Positions 55,377 through 64,000 of a stretch of 64,000 nucleotides of DNA are shown piece after piece. The notes beneath the pieces are model-generated. The model ran no database searches. It saw only the letters and a list, made by a program, of their open reading frames with translations, and was not told where the DNA came from. Made by a program: the position numbers and the translations under genes. Each line of letters starts with the position of its first letter. The first letter of the stretch is position 1. Source of the DNA: Candidatus Latescibacterota bacterium (GTDB taxonomy: Bacteria; Latescibacterota; UBA2968; UBA8231); NCBI GenBank assembly GCA_965200315.1, contig OZ241362.1, positions 3,296,001 to 3,360,000 of the forward strand, read 5' to 3'.

Positions 55377-56489
55377 ATGTCGCTGACCGAACAAATTCGC
55401 CACAAGGCCCGCGCCTTGGGCTTTACCTCGGTCGGTTTTGCTCCGGCCGACCCGTTAAAAGGGGCCGAGTTTTACGCCCGCTGGGTGGCCTTGGGCTACG
55501 CCGGCCAGATGGATTACCTCAAACGCTACCTCGACAAGCGCGAGGATCCACGCCGGATGGTCCCCGGTGCCCAGACCGCCATTTGCCTCAGCATGAGTTA
55601 CTATCAGCCCACGCCGGCGGCATCCGACCCTCTGCGCGGTCGGATCGCTTGTTACGCGCGCGGCGACGACTACCACGACGTTGTCAAAAAACGCTTGGCA
55701 GCACTGTGGGAATTCATCTTAGCCGAGGCCGGGGCGCAGACCAAAGGCCGCTATTTTGTGGATACGGCCCCGGTCCTAGAGCGCGAGCTCGCCCAGCGGG
55801 CGGGCTTGGGTTGGTGGGGTAAGAACACCTGCCTGATCGATAAGCACCGCGGCTCCTATTGCTTTTTGGCCGAGATCATCACCGACCTCGAACTCGACTA
55901 CGACGAACCCGCCCCAGACCACTGTGGCACCTGTACGCGCTGCCTAGACGCCTGCCCCACCGACGCCTTCCCCGAGCCGTATGTGCTCGATGCCCAGCGC
56001 TGCATCTCCTATCTCAACATCGAACTCAAGGGGTCGATTCCCCGCGACCTGCGCCAAGGCATGGGCCAATGGATATTTGGCTGCGATGTCTGTCAGGAGG
56101 TGTGCCCGTGGAACCGCAAGGCCGAGCCGGCTCCAGAACCGGCTTACAAGAGCCGGGCCGGCCTCGACAACCCGGCGCTCCTCGACCTGATCCAACTCGA
56201 CCGCGAAGCCTTCAACTCACTATTTCGCCGCAACCCGGTCAAGCGTCCCAAGCGCCGCGGCTTTTTGCGCAACGTCGCCGTGGCCTTGGGCAATTCAGGC
56301 ATGCAGGCCGCCGCGCCAGCCCTGATAAAAGCACTCGACGACGAAGAGCCGCTAGTGCGCGGCCACGTAGCTTGGGCACTCGGTCAACTCGGGGGCGATG
56401 AGGCAAAAAGGGCGCTCAAACGGCGCTTGGAAATAGAAGAAGATGCGGAAGTGCGCGGGGAACTAAAAGACGCGCTGGCCGTGCTGTAA
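55377..56489 (+). CDS. queG: Epoxyqueuosine reductase
   Basis: YARGDDYH, VDTAPVLER, CGTCTRCLDACPT, CISY, FGCDVCQEVCPWN, HEAT-like tail. Confidence 0.95.
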   Translation: MSLTEQIRHKARALGFTSVGFAPADPLKGAEFYARWVALGYAGQMDYLKRYLDKREDPRRMVPGAQTAICLSMSYYQPTPAASDPLRGRIACYARGDDYHDVVKKRLAALWEFILAEAGAQTKGRYFVDTAPVLERELAQRAGLGWWGKNTCLIDKHRGSYCFLAEIITDLELDYDEPAPDHCGTCTRCLDACPTDAFPEPYVLDAQRCISYLNIELKGSIPRDLRQGMGQWIFGCDVCQEVCPWNRKAEPAPEPAYKSRAGLDNPALLDLIQLDREAFNSLFRRNPVKRPKRRGFLRNVAVALGNSGMQAAAPALIKALDDEEPLVRGHVAWALGQLGGDEAKRALKRRLEIEEDAEVRGELKDALAVL

Positions 56490-56608
56490 TACCGATTTGC
56501 TTTTTTAGTGTCATCCTACCCGCTTGCCTTCAAGGGGCCGCTTCCTCCCCCTCCCGCAGAGGACGGGACGAACAAGAGGCCATCAGGACAGCAAATAGGT
56601 ATAAGCCC

Positions 56609-57532
56609 TCACTCGGAGAACAAGGCTCGGGCGAATGCCGCCGCGTCAAACGGCTGCAAGTCGTCCACCCCCTCGCCCACCCCAATCAACTTCACCGGTA
56701 GGTCCATTTGCCGCCGCAGCGCGACGACGATCCCGCCCTTAGCCGTTCCGTCCAGCTTGGTCAGCACCAATCCGGTCAACTCGGTAGCTTGATTGAAGGC
56801 TTGCGCCTGCGACAGCGCGTTTTGGCCGTTGGTCCCGTCGAGGACTAGCAGGGTTTCGTGCGGGGCGGCCGGGTCTTGCTTGGCCAGTGAACGGCGGATC
56901 TTCTTGAGCTCCTCCATCAAGTTGATCTTGTTGTGCAGGCGGCCGGCCGTATCTACTAGCAGCACATCGGCCCCGCGCGACTTGGCCGCAGCGAGCGCAT
57001 CGAAGGCTACGGCCGCCGGGTCGGCCCCGCGCTGCGTGCGTATCAGATCGGCCCCGGCCCGCTCCGCCCATATCGCCAGTTGTGGGATAGCCGCAGCCCG
57101 AAACGTGTCGCCGGCCGCGAGCACTACCTTCTTGCCGGCATCGGCGTAGCACTTGGCCAGCTTGCCGGCGGTCGTCGTTTTGCCGGTGCCGTTGACGCCG
57201 ACGATCAGCACGACAAATGGCTTGCCCGGTAGCTCGCCCGACAGGGGCAAGGCCGCGCCATTGCCGAGGGCCATCATCGCGGCTACTTGCTCCTCCAGCA
57301 CCTGCATCACCCCGGCTGGCCCGTCCGCTAGCTGCCCGCGCCTGAGCCGCTCGCGCAACTGGTCAATGAGTTCGGTAGCTGTCTCCAGCCCCATGTCAGC
57401 ACCAATCAGCGCGGCTTCGATATCGTCGATGGCGTCGTCGTCCAAGCGGGGGTTGCCGGCGATCACCTCAGTCATCGCCTGCCGCGTCCGCGCCAACCCC
57501 TGTTTTACTTTGTCGAGAAACTTACCGAGCAT
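56609..57532 (-). CDS. ftsY: Signal recognition particle receptor FtsY
   Basis: [36 protein letters not shown]. Confidence 0.96.
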   Translation of the reverse strand: MLGKFLDKVKQGLARTRQAMTEVIAGNPRLDDDAIDDIEAALIGADMGLETATELIDQLRERLRRGQLADGPAGVMQVLEEQVAAMMALGNGAALPLSGELPGKPFVVLIVGVNGTGKTTTAGKLAKCYADAGKKVVLAAGDTFRAAAIPQLAIWAERAGADLIRTQRGADPAAVAFDALAAAKSRGADVLLVDTAGRLHNKINLMEELKKIRRSLAKQDPAAPHETLLVLDGTNGQNALSQAQAFNQATELTGLVLTKLDGTAKGGIVVALRRQMDLPVKLIGVGEGVDDLQPFDAAAFARALFSE

Positions 57533-57689
57533 GAATCCTCGTCTTTCGGTTACGCCACCTAAGATGCAAAGAGGAATGACAAAAATGGAACTTAGTGTAT
57601 CGGAATTTCCTACTTTAAGGTCTTTTAGTTCTTGACTTCTTTGCCTGTTTTTGGTATCTTCTATGTAGTTAATGATAGGAGAAGATGCC

Positions 57690-58571
57690 ATGAACATCTT
57701 AGAAGTTTTCGAGCAGTTCCCTACTCAAGAATCCTGCATCAAGTATCTCGAAAAAGTGCGTTGGGGCGATACGGTTGTTTGCCCCTATTGCCAGAGCGAG
57801 CGCACGGCCCCCGCAGAACATCGCCACCGTTGCTACAACTGTAAAACCTCGTTTAGTGTAACGGTCGGCACCATCTTTCACCATACTCATTTACCCCTAC
57901 AAAAGTGGTTCTTGGCAATTATGCTGATGATTAATGCCAAGAAGGGAATCTCTGCGCTCCAACTTTCCCGCGATCTAAAAGTGAACAAGAACACGGCTTG
58001 GCGAATGAACATGCAAATTCGTAAAGCGATGAACCAAGTCGAGCATCGCAACATCTTGCAAGGTATCGTCGAGATGGATGAAACCTATATCGGAGGTAAG
58101 CCCCGCAAAGGCACTAAGGGCGATGGGAAAGATGGCAAGCATAAGCCCGGTCGCGGCACAAAGAAAGCCCCTGTCATTGGAGCCGTTGAGCGTGAAGGCT
58201 CGGTCGCGGCCAAAGCCGTCGATAAGAAGAACATGAAGGGTCGCAATATGCGGGCTTTCGTCCGCCAGCACGTCAACACCGAGGAATCGAGCCTCTACAC
58301 CGACGAGTACAAAGCCTACATGGGTATGTCTAAGGTGCTCCCTCATTCGGTGATCCGCCATTCTGATTGGTACGTGGACGGCGATGTTCACACCAACACC
58401 ATCGAGAGTTTTTGGGCACTGCTCAAGCGTGGCATGTTCGGCCAGTTCCACAGTGTATCGAGGCGACACCTACAACGCTACGTCGATGAGTTTTGCTATC
58501 GCTACAACCTCCGCAGAGCAACGCCTGAGTTCGCTTTTAACCTCACGATCAATCGAGCATTGGGAGTGTAA
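57690..58571 (+). CDS. IS1595-family DDE transposase
   Basis: Zn ribbon CPYC...CYNC, GTIF, VEMDETY, YTDE, HTNTIESFW, YVDEF.YRYN. Confidence 0.95.
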   Translation: MNILEVFEQFPTQESCIKYLEKVRWGDTVVCPYCQSERTAPAEHRHRCYNCKTSFSVTVGTIFHHTHLPLQKWFLAIMLMINAKKGISALQLSRDLKVNKNTAWRMNMQIRKAMNQVEHRNILQGIVEMDETYIGGKPRKGTKGDGKDGKHKPGRGTKKAPVIGAVEREGSVAAKAVDKKNMKGRNMRAFVRQHVNTEESSLYTDEYKAYMGMSKVLPHSVIRHSDWYVDGDVHTNTIESFWALLKRGMFGQFHSVSRRHLQRYVDEFCYRYNLRRATPEFAFNLTINRALGV

Positions 58572-58573
58572 AG

Positions 58574-59479
58574 ATGAGCAAACAGGAACCGCTGAAAGTA
58601 ATCGCCGGAGCACCAGATCGACCTTTGGTAATCGGCGAAGTTGAAATACCTTGCTATGTGCTGGAAGATGAAACGCGCGTTCTTACTCAAGCAGGATTTT
58701 CAGAGGCACTAGGGCGTTCTCCCAAGCCTACAGGCCCCGGAGCAGAGCAGCAAGTCGCAGACTTGCCCGCTTTTTTGCGCTCTGAACGCCTTAAACCATT
58801 CATTTCCAATACTTTAAGCAAGTCGCTAACTCCGGTTAGATTTAGACTCCCAACAGGAGGAAGAATTGCGCTTGGATATGATGCGATTCTACTGCCCCAA
58901 GTTTGTGAAGTGTATCTCAAAGCCCGCGATGCTAATATGCTGCTACCTAATCAAGCTCATGTCGCAGTTCAGGCCGAGATACTTATGCGTAGCCTTGCCA
59001 CAGTGGGCGTAATTGCCCTTGTGGACGAGGCGACGGGCTACCAGCGCATACGCGAAGAACGCGCCCTTGCAACCATTCTTGAGAAGTTCATCGCCAAAGA
59101 GTTTCAACCTTGGACCAAGACATTTCCCTACGAGTTCTACAATCAGATATTTCGCCTCAAGGGCTGGCCCGGCCCCAATGGTGTTGCGCGGCCGTCCGTA
59201 ATAGGCCATTACACCAATGACATTGTGTACAGTCGCCTAGCGCCGGGCGTCCTCGACGAGCTGCGGCGTGTCAATCCTACGCTCCCCAGCGGCAAGGGTC
59301 GCCGCAACACGCACCACCAGTGGTTCACACCCGATCTGGGCCACCCCAAGCTCAAAGAGCATCTGGCCGCCGTTGCTGCCTTGATGAAGGCATCGTCTAA
59401 CTGGAACATCTTTATGCGTAATCTGAATCGAGCACTTCCAAAGGGCGAGCAGCAACTTGAGTTATTGTTAGAGGATTGA
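58574..59479 (+). CDS. P63C-domain protein
   Basis: IPCYVLED..RVL, GVIALVDEATGYQ, W.KTFP.EFY, G.YTNDIVY.RLAPG, HHQW. Confidence 0.85.
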   Translation: MSKQEPLKVIAGAPDRPLVIGEVEIPCYVLEDETRVLTQAGFSEALGRSPKPTGPGAEQQVADLPAFLRSERLKPFISNTLSKSLTPVRFRLPTGGRIALGYDAILLPQVCEVYLKARDANMLLPNQAHVAVQAEILMRSLATVGVIALVDEATGYQRIREERALATILEKFIAKEFQPWTKTFPYEFYNQIFRLKGWPGPNGVARPSVIGHYTNDIVYSRLAPGVLDELRRVNPTLPSGKGRRNTHHQWFTPDLGHPKLKEHLAAVAALMKASSNWNIFMRNLNRALPKGEQQLELLLED

Positions 59480-59677
59480 GTAACGAGAAGATTCGCTGTC
59501 TAAAATGGATTCAAAGGCGTCTAATAAAGGATGATCTTTTTGCATCAATGCTATATCACAGCGCGGGCAATATAGGGCATCTTCAAAGTTTGATGTTCTA
59601 TTTCCACATCTCTTTCCGTTTTCCCTGATGTTTCCGCATTGTCTGCGGCTCCTATTTCGCCTGTCTCTACTTTTCAT
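59468..59677 (-). CDS. Small basic Cys-containing hypothetical protein
   Basis: MKSRDRRNRSRRQC...C...CPRC; ATGA overlap with the endonuclease stop. Confidence 0.4.
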   Translation of the reverse strand: MKSRDRRNRSRRQCGNIRENGKRCGNRTSNFEDALYCPRCDIALMQKDHPLLDAFESILDSESSRYSIL

Positions 59678-60309
59678 GGTGGCAATGAATGGTCTAAAAT
59701 AGCCTTGCAATATCGTCTGATTTCATCGGAGGGAGATAATCTATTGGATAGATGTTCAAAGAGTTGGTGAATGGCATTACGATGTCCAGTGACTAAGTGA
59801 TAGAAGCTCGCGCCTTCCATCTCAATAACTCTGTGTGCGATGGTTGTTTGGTATCGTATGGGCGTTTTGGGAATGATTAAGACAAGGGCGGCTGTCCAGT
59901 CAGTCGGTTCTCTGCTAATTGAGCTAGACAGTTTTCGTATAGTGCCTTTTTTGTCGTTATCATTCAAGGTGTTGTGCTTATTCTTTAGCTCAACAATCAT
60001 CTTTTGTTTTTCAGACCTCAAATCATAGCCACGATTATAGTTTTCCCACCCTGCTACGGACCCTAGTATCCCTTGGTGAAAGTGGCCTATTGCATTGCTC
60101 GATCCTCGCGTGGCAGATTCAGTGTCTTGTGAGAAGCTCAATTCTTCGGCTGTCGTCATTCCGAATGTTTCTGCAATCATAAGACTTGAAAACGGATCAA
60201 CGACATTCCTTTTTCTTCTCTCCTCCGCCTTATTGAGTGCGTCTTTGTAGCTTGTTTTCAGCCGTTCAAGTTCTCGCTCAAAGTCAGCCTCAGAAACCCA
60301 AGGGAGCAT
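59674..60309 (-). CDS. Eco47II-family-like type II restriction endonuclease
   Basis: NVVDPFS, NAIGHFHQ, YDL...VELKNKHNTLN, GASFYHLVTG. Confidence 0.78.
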   Translation of the reverse strand: MLPWVSEADFERELERLKTSYKDALNKAEERRKRNVVDPFSSLMIAETFGMTTAEELSFSQDTESATRGSSNAIGHFHQGILGSVAGWENYNRGYDLRSEKQKMIVELKNKHNTLNDNDKKGTIRKLSSSISREPTDWTAALVLIIPKTPIRYQTTIAHRVIEMEGASFYHLVTGHRNAIHQLFEHLSNRLSPSDEIRRYCKAILDHSLPP

Positions 60310-61108
60310 ATGCAGTATCCTTTACGTTTTCGGCTTCTAGCTCAATGCCGACAGGGGTGCGATTGAGCTTCAGGGCAACTCTAAAAGTTGTTCCTGATCC
60401 AAGAAAGGGATCTAGGACAACATCACCGGGATCCGTGAATAGTTCGATAAAAAAGGTTGGTAGCCATTCGGGAAAGGCCGCAGAATGACCGGTATTATGG
60501 CAGACGGGTGCTTTGTGTAGGACGTTGCTAGGATACACCTTTTCTCGACCAGACCAAGCGGAGATGTTGCGACCAATCCCTGATTTGGTCGCAGAATTAT
60601 TACGTGTGTAATCTCTTTCACCCATGTTCTTTAGTCGAGCTTTTGTCCATTCTCCGGCTGGCACCATGACGTTTTCTTGGTTCATTTTGAACTCGTTGGT
60701 CTTGGAAAAATGCAAAAGTCTTTCCCATCCATCTCGAAACCGATACTTCCACTTGCCGGGTGCCGATGTCGTCTTGTGCCAGATATACTCCTCGACCCAC
60801 CTGAAACCGACTTCTCTTTTGAGCGCACTTATCAGGTCTAAGACGTAGAGGTGTCTTTCTCCATTGGCGGCCCTTTCTTTGATGTTCAGCACAAAGGAAC
60901 CCGATGGCTTTAGCACTCGTAGCATCTGCTCTCCTATCGGAAGAAACCATTCGACATAGAGATCGGGGTGGACGCCTCCATAGGTGTGTTTTCTCGCGTC
61001 GGCATAGGGCGGAGAAGTTACGATAAGATCAATGCTTTCGTCTGGGAAATCCTGCATAACATCAAGGCAGTTTCCGATATGAACGTCATTCATCCAGTCG
61101 GACTTCAT
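60290..61108 (-). CDS. Beta-class amino (N4-C/N6-A) DNA methyltransferase
   Basis: N-terminal TSPPY, H.A.FP, C-terminal VLDPFLGSGTT, GIEL. Confidence 0.93.
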   Translation of the reverse strand: MKSDWMNDVHIGNCLDVMQDFPDESIDLIVTSPPYADARKHTYGGVHPDLYVEWFLPIGEQMLRVLKPSGSFVLNIKERAANGERHLYVLDLISALKREVGFRWVEEYIWHKTTSAPGKWKYRFRDGWERLLHFSKTNEFKMNQENVMVPAGEWTKARLKNMGERDYTRNNSATKSGIGRNISAWSGREKVYPSNVLHKAPVCHNTGHSAAFPEWLPTFFIELFTDPGDVVLDPFLGSGTTFRVALKLNRTPVGIELEAENVKDTAYAPLGF

Positions 61109-61304
61109 TATTTTCCTTTCGTTTAGCCGTAGCGGATAGCCCGTAAAATAGGGGTTGCAAAATGGAAAGTCAAGACCTTAAATTAGGAAATTCCGATAAG
61201 GAATTGACCTGTTAGCCCCTATTACAGATACTAATATGTTTAAAATTTAAGATAAATAAATCTCTCGCCATTATTTCTTCATCCCTCAAGGAAGAGAAAC
61301 TCCA

Positions 61305-61622
61305 ATGAAAGAGTGCTCATGTGTTTGGAAGCCCTTTGTCTTTGGCTTGGCGGTCTTGTTTTCGCTGGGCCTTATAGCAACGGCGGCTGCCCAAGACGCC
61401 ATGGAAGCGAAAGAGACCGCGGTAGAAGAGAAGGCCTCCGCCGAAGAGGAAATGCTCGAAGGGGTGGTGGAGGTTGAAGAGCAAGTGGTGACCGGTGCGC
61501 GCCAACCGCGTTCAGTAACGGATTCGGCCGTACCGGTTGACGTAGTCCGCGGCGACGAGGATCCAGTGGAACCCGACGTTTACTTGGGATATCAGTGCCC
61601 AAAATACAACTTCAGCCTTTAG
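61305..61622 (+). pseudogene. Truncated duplicate of the TonB-dependent receptor N-terminus
   Basis: Near-identical DNA to the 5' end of the 61873 gene (TCTTGTTTTCGCTGG.CCTTATAGCAACGGCGGCTGCCCAAGACGCCA); VVTGAR..RSVTDSAVPVDVV then unrelated sequence. Confidence 0.75.
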
Positions 61623-61872
61623 AAGCACCTGCTGAGTAGAAGTTCATACGGAAAGGCCGAGTATTCAATGGTGCTCGGCCTTTCTTATATTCCCTTGTGG
61701 TGCGAATTATTTGTTGAACTTGACCTAAAAGACTTGCTTTCTAATAGAAAGCCGTTTTAACTTTATCGTAATGTTACTCATTGAACTGGGCGCAGCCCTC
61801 TAACCCCTAACCCGCTCAGTGGACTGGGTGCTTATGCACTCGGCCACTCGGCTCATCAGTAGGAGGCTTTTC

Positions 61873-64000
61873 ATGAATAGACGCTCATATTTGGAGTTGA
61901 AGCCCTTTGCCTTTGGCCTGTCGATCTTGTTTTCGCTGGTCCTTATAGCAACGGCGGCTGCCCAAGACGCCAAGGAAGGGGATGAAGAAGAGGACATGAT
62001 CCTCGAAGAGGTGGTGGAGGTCGAAGAACTGGTAGTGACAGGTTCGCGTGCTCACTCTCGCACCGTAACCGACTCACCGGTGCCCATTGACGTCATTGGC
62101 AGCGACGAATTTGCCAATCAAGGTGGGGTGGATCTAGCCGACCTTATGCGGAATGTCGTACCCTCGTACAACGTCAATACTCAGCCGATCAGCGATGCGG
62201 GCACGGTCGTCCGGCCGCCCAATATGCGGGGGCTGGCCCCGGACCACGCCTTGGTCCTAATCAACGGCAAGCGCCGTCATCGCGCTGCGGTGATTCACTG
62301 GCTGGGCAATGGCGTCGCCGATGGCGCACAGGGTCCTGATCTTGCACCCATCCCGGCCATCGCTCTCAATCGAGTGGAAGTCCTGCGCGATGGTGCGTCG
62401 GCCCAGTACGGCTCGGACGCCATTGCTGGCGTGTTGAACTTTCGCCTCAAAAACCGTTCCGACGGGCTGTCAATCGAGACCAAAGTCGGCAGCTTCCAAG
62501 ACGGCGAAGGCATCCTCGGCGATGGCGAGTTGTTTTCTATCGCTGGCAATATCGGCTTGGGCAACGAAAATGCGTGGGCCAACCTCAGCTTGGAATACGG
62601 CAACTCGGGCGAAACCATCCGCTCGGTGCAGCGCAATGATGCTGCGGGCCTGATCGCCGCGGGCAATACGAATGTGGCCAATCCCGCCCAGCTCTGGGGA
62701 CAGCCCTTCATCAGAGACGATCTGAAGTTCTTCGCCAACTACGGGGCGACCCTGAGCGAGAACCTCGACTTCTATGGTCACGCCAACTACGCCAGCAAGG
62801 AAACGGAAGGCGGGTTCTATTTCCGCAATCCCCACACTCGCAGTGGCGTGTTTAAGGGGCCGCAGCTCGAAGACGGGACTCCGTCCCTGCTAGTGGGCGA
62901 TTTGGACGGCGTGGGGCAAGGCAGTGAATGCGCCCCGGTCCCCATAATCGACAACAAGCTGGATCAGGAGGCTTGGCTACAGATTCGCGACGATCCCAAT
63001 TGCTTCTCGTTCCTAAAAATGTTTCCCGGTGGTTTTACGCCTCGCTTCGGCGGCTTCACCACGGATGAATCCATCCTTCTGGGCCTAAAGGGTTTTGCGG
63101 CCGAGACGTTGGGTTGGAGCCTGAGCGCATCCTATGGCCGTCACCACGCAGACTACTTCATCTTCAATACCGTGAATGCTTCAATGGGGCCTGATACGCC
63201 GACATCGTTCAATCCTGGAGATTACATCCAGACGGATGTCAACTTAAACTTCGACATCACGTACCCGGTCAGCGACCAGTTGTTCTTGGCCACGGGAGTC
63301 GAACGTCGCAACGAAGCATTTGAGATCGTGGAAGGACAGATCGAGTCCTACCTGATTGGTCAGCCGTTGGCCAGCCAAGGTTTTCAGCCTGCTACCAATG
63401 GTTTCTCGGGCTTTAGCAAGGTGGCCGCTGGCCGCTGGGATCGAACCAACACGGCCTTGTACGTGGAGGCGGATTTTGAGCCGATTGATCCGCTGGTGCT
63501 TTCCGTGGCTCTGCGCTCGGAGGATTTCTCCGACTTTGGCAGCACTACCAACTACAAGGGAGCCGCCAATTTCGCCCTTACGGATGATCTGAAGCTGCGC
63601 GGTAGTTACAGCACCGGATTCCGGGCACCGACGCCCGGTCAGCAAAATGCCTTCAACATAACGACCGAGTTCAACTTCGAGAAGAACGACTTGGTCAACA
63701 ACGGCACCGTGCCTTCTACCAGCCGGGCTGTTGGGCTGGTCCTTGGTTTAGAAGGCGGCGGGCCGGCGCTCAAACCTGAAAACTCGATCAACCTCTCCGG
63801 GGGCGTCGTCGTCAATATGGGGGTAGTTAGCGCGACGATCGACTACTTCAACATCAAGGTGGAGGATCGCCTGACGGTCTCGCAAGATTTCGCGCTGAAC
63901 GATGAGCAGAAACAGCAGCTAATCGACGAGGGCCTAACCAGCGCGGCTGGCCTGCAGGAGTTCCGCTTTTTCACCAATGACTTCCACACGGCAACTAACG
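61873..64000 (+). CDS. TonB-dependent receptor (runs off the window end)
   Basis: Absent from the ORF track. AGGAGG RBS; hand translation: signal peptide, LVVTGSR, DSPVPIDVI, RGLAPDHALVLINGKRRH, RVEVLRDGASAQYGSDAIAGVLNF, later STGFRAP. Confidence 0.93.
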   Translation, partial: MNRRSYLELKPFAFGLSILFSLVLIATAAAQDAKEGDEEEDMILEEVVEVEELVVTGSRAHSRTVTDSPVPIDVIGSDEFANQGGVDLADLMRNVVPSYNVNTQPISDAGTVVRPPNMRGLAPDHALVLINGKRRHRAAVIHWLGNGVADGAQGPDLAPIPAIALNRVEVLRDGASAQYGSDAIAGVLNFRLKNRSDGLSIETKVGSFQDGEGILGDGELFSIAGNIGLGNENAWANLSLEYGNSGETIRSVQRNDAAGLIAAGNTNVANPAQLWGQPFIRDDLKFFANYGATLSENLDFYGHANYASKETEGGFYFRNPHTRSGVFKGPQLEDGTPSLLVGDLDGVGQGSECAPVPIIDNKLDQEAWLQIRDDPNCFSFLKMFPGGFTPRFGGFTTDESILLGLKGFAAETLGWSLSASYGRHHADYFIFNTVNASMGPDTPTSFNPGDYIQTDVNLNFDITYPVSDQLFLATGVERRNEAFEIVEGQIESYLIGQPLASQGFQPATNGFSGFSKVAAGRWDRTNTALYVEADFEPIDPLVLSVALRSEDFSDFGSTTNYKGAANFALTDDLKLRGSYSTGFRAPTPGQQNAFNITTEFNFEKNDLVNNGTVPSTSRAVGLVLGLEGGGPALKPENSINLSGGVVVNMGVVSATIDYFNIKVEDRLTVSQDFALNDEQKQQLIDEGLTSAAGLQEFRFFTNDFHTATN

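Larger units (their letters stand above)
57601..61195. mobile_element. IS1595-family (ISNha5-like) element with passenger genes
   Basis: TIRs CGGAATTTCCTACTTTAAGGTCTT (57601-57624) and AAGACCTTAAATTAGGAAATTCCG (61172-61195), one mismatch; CGGnnTT ends; no target duplication visible. Confidence 0.85.

Noticed and set aside
54087-55822. Long ORFs overlapping rseP and queG
   Set aside because: Shadow frames of well-supported housekeeping genes.
57590-61206. 8-bp target-site duplication around the IS1595 element
   Set aside because: Flanks TAGTGTAT and ATAAGGAA do not match.
1-64000. CRISPR array, rRNA or tRNA genes
   Set aside because: No regularly spaced repeats, cas genes, cloverleaf or rRNA signatures were recognised by eye; almost all sequence is protein-coding.

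Overview
GC-rich bacterial chromosome segment. The gene repertoire (many PhyH-family dioxygenases, a DUF6785-like membrane protein, FlgD-Ig-tailed secreted proteins, a C-terminal WGxIK motif) suggests a Latescibacterota/Poribacteria-like FCB-group organism, possibly host-associated; this is inference only. Layout: (1) 1-13.5 kb, catabolic genes (SDRs, PhyH dioxygenases, an atypical GH32, RraA, creatininase, desaturase, 2-hydroxyacid dehydrogenase, frameshifted HpcH aldolase); (2) 13.6-16.7 kb, an AAA/PD-(D/E)xK gene and a run of gene fragments; (3) 16.7-33.3 kb, a tightly packed minus-strand cluster of eight exported proteins (TPR lipoprotein, WGxIK-tailed protein, three FlgD-Ig paralogs, two ~930-aa Asp/Asn-rich paralogs, SurA/PpiC-like foldase), the best candidate for an undescribed cell-envelope system; (4) 33.6-46 kb, catabolic genes, two MITE-like elements and deletion-eroded pseudogenes; (5) a type II R-M cassette bounded by a 12-bp repeat of the ino1 3' end; (6) housekeeping genes ino1, dusB, ygfA, uppS-cdsA-rseP-queG and ftsY; (7) an IS1595/ISNha5-like element carrying a P63C gene and a second R-M system; (8) a truncated and an intact (window-cut) TonB-dependent receptor. 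No rRNA, tRNA or CRISPR array was recognised. All family calls come from motif recognition by eye, not database searches.
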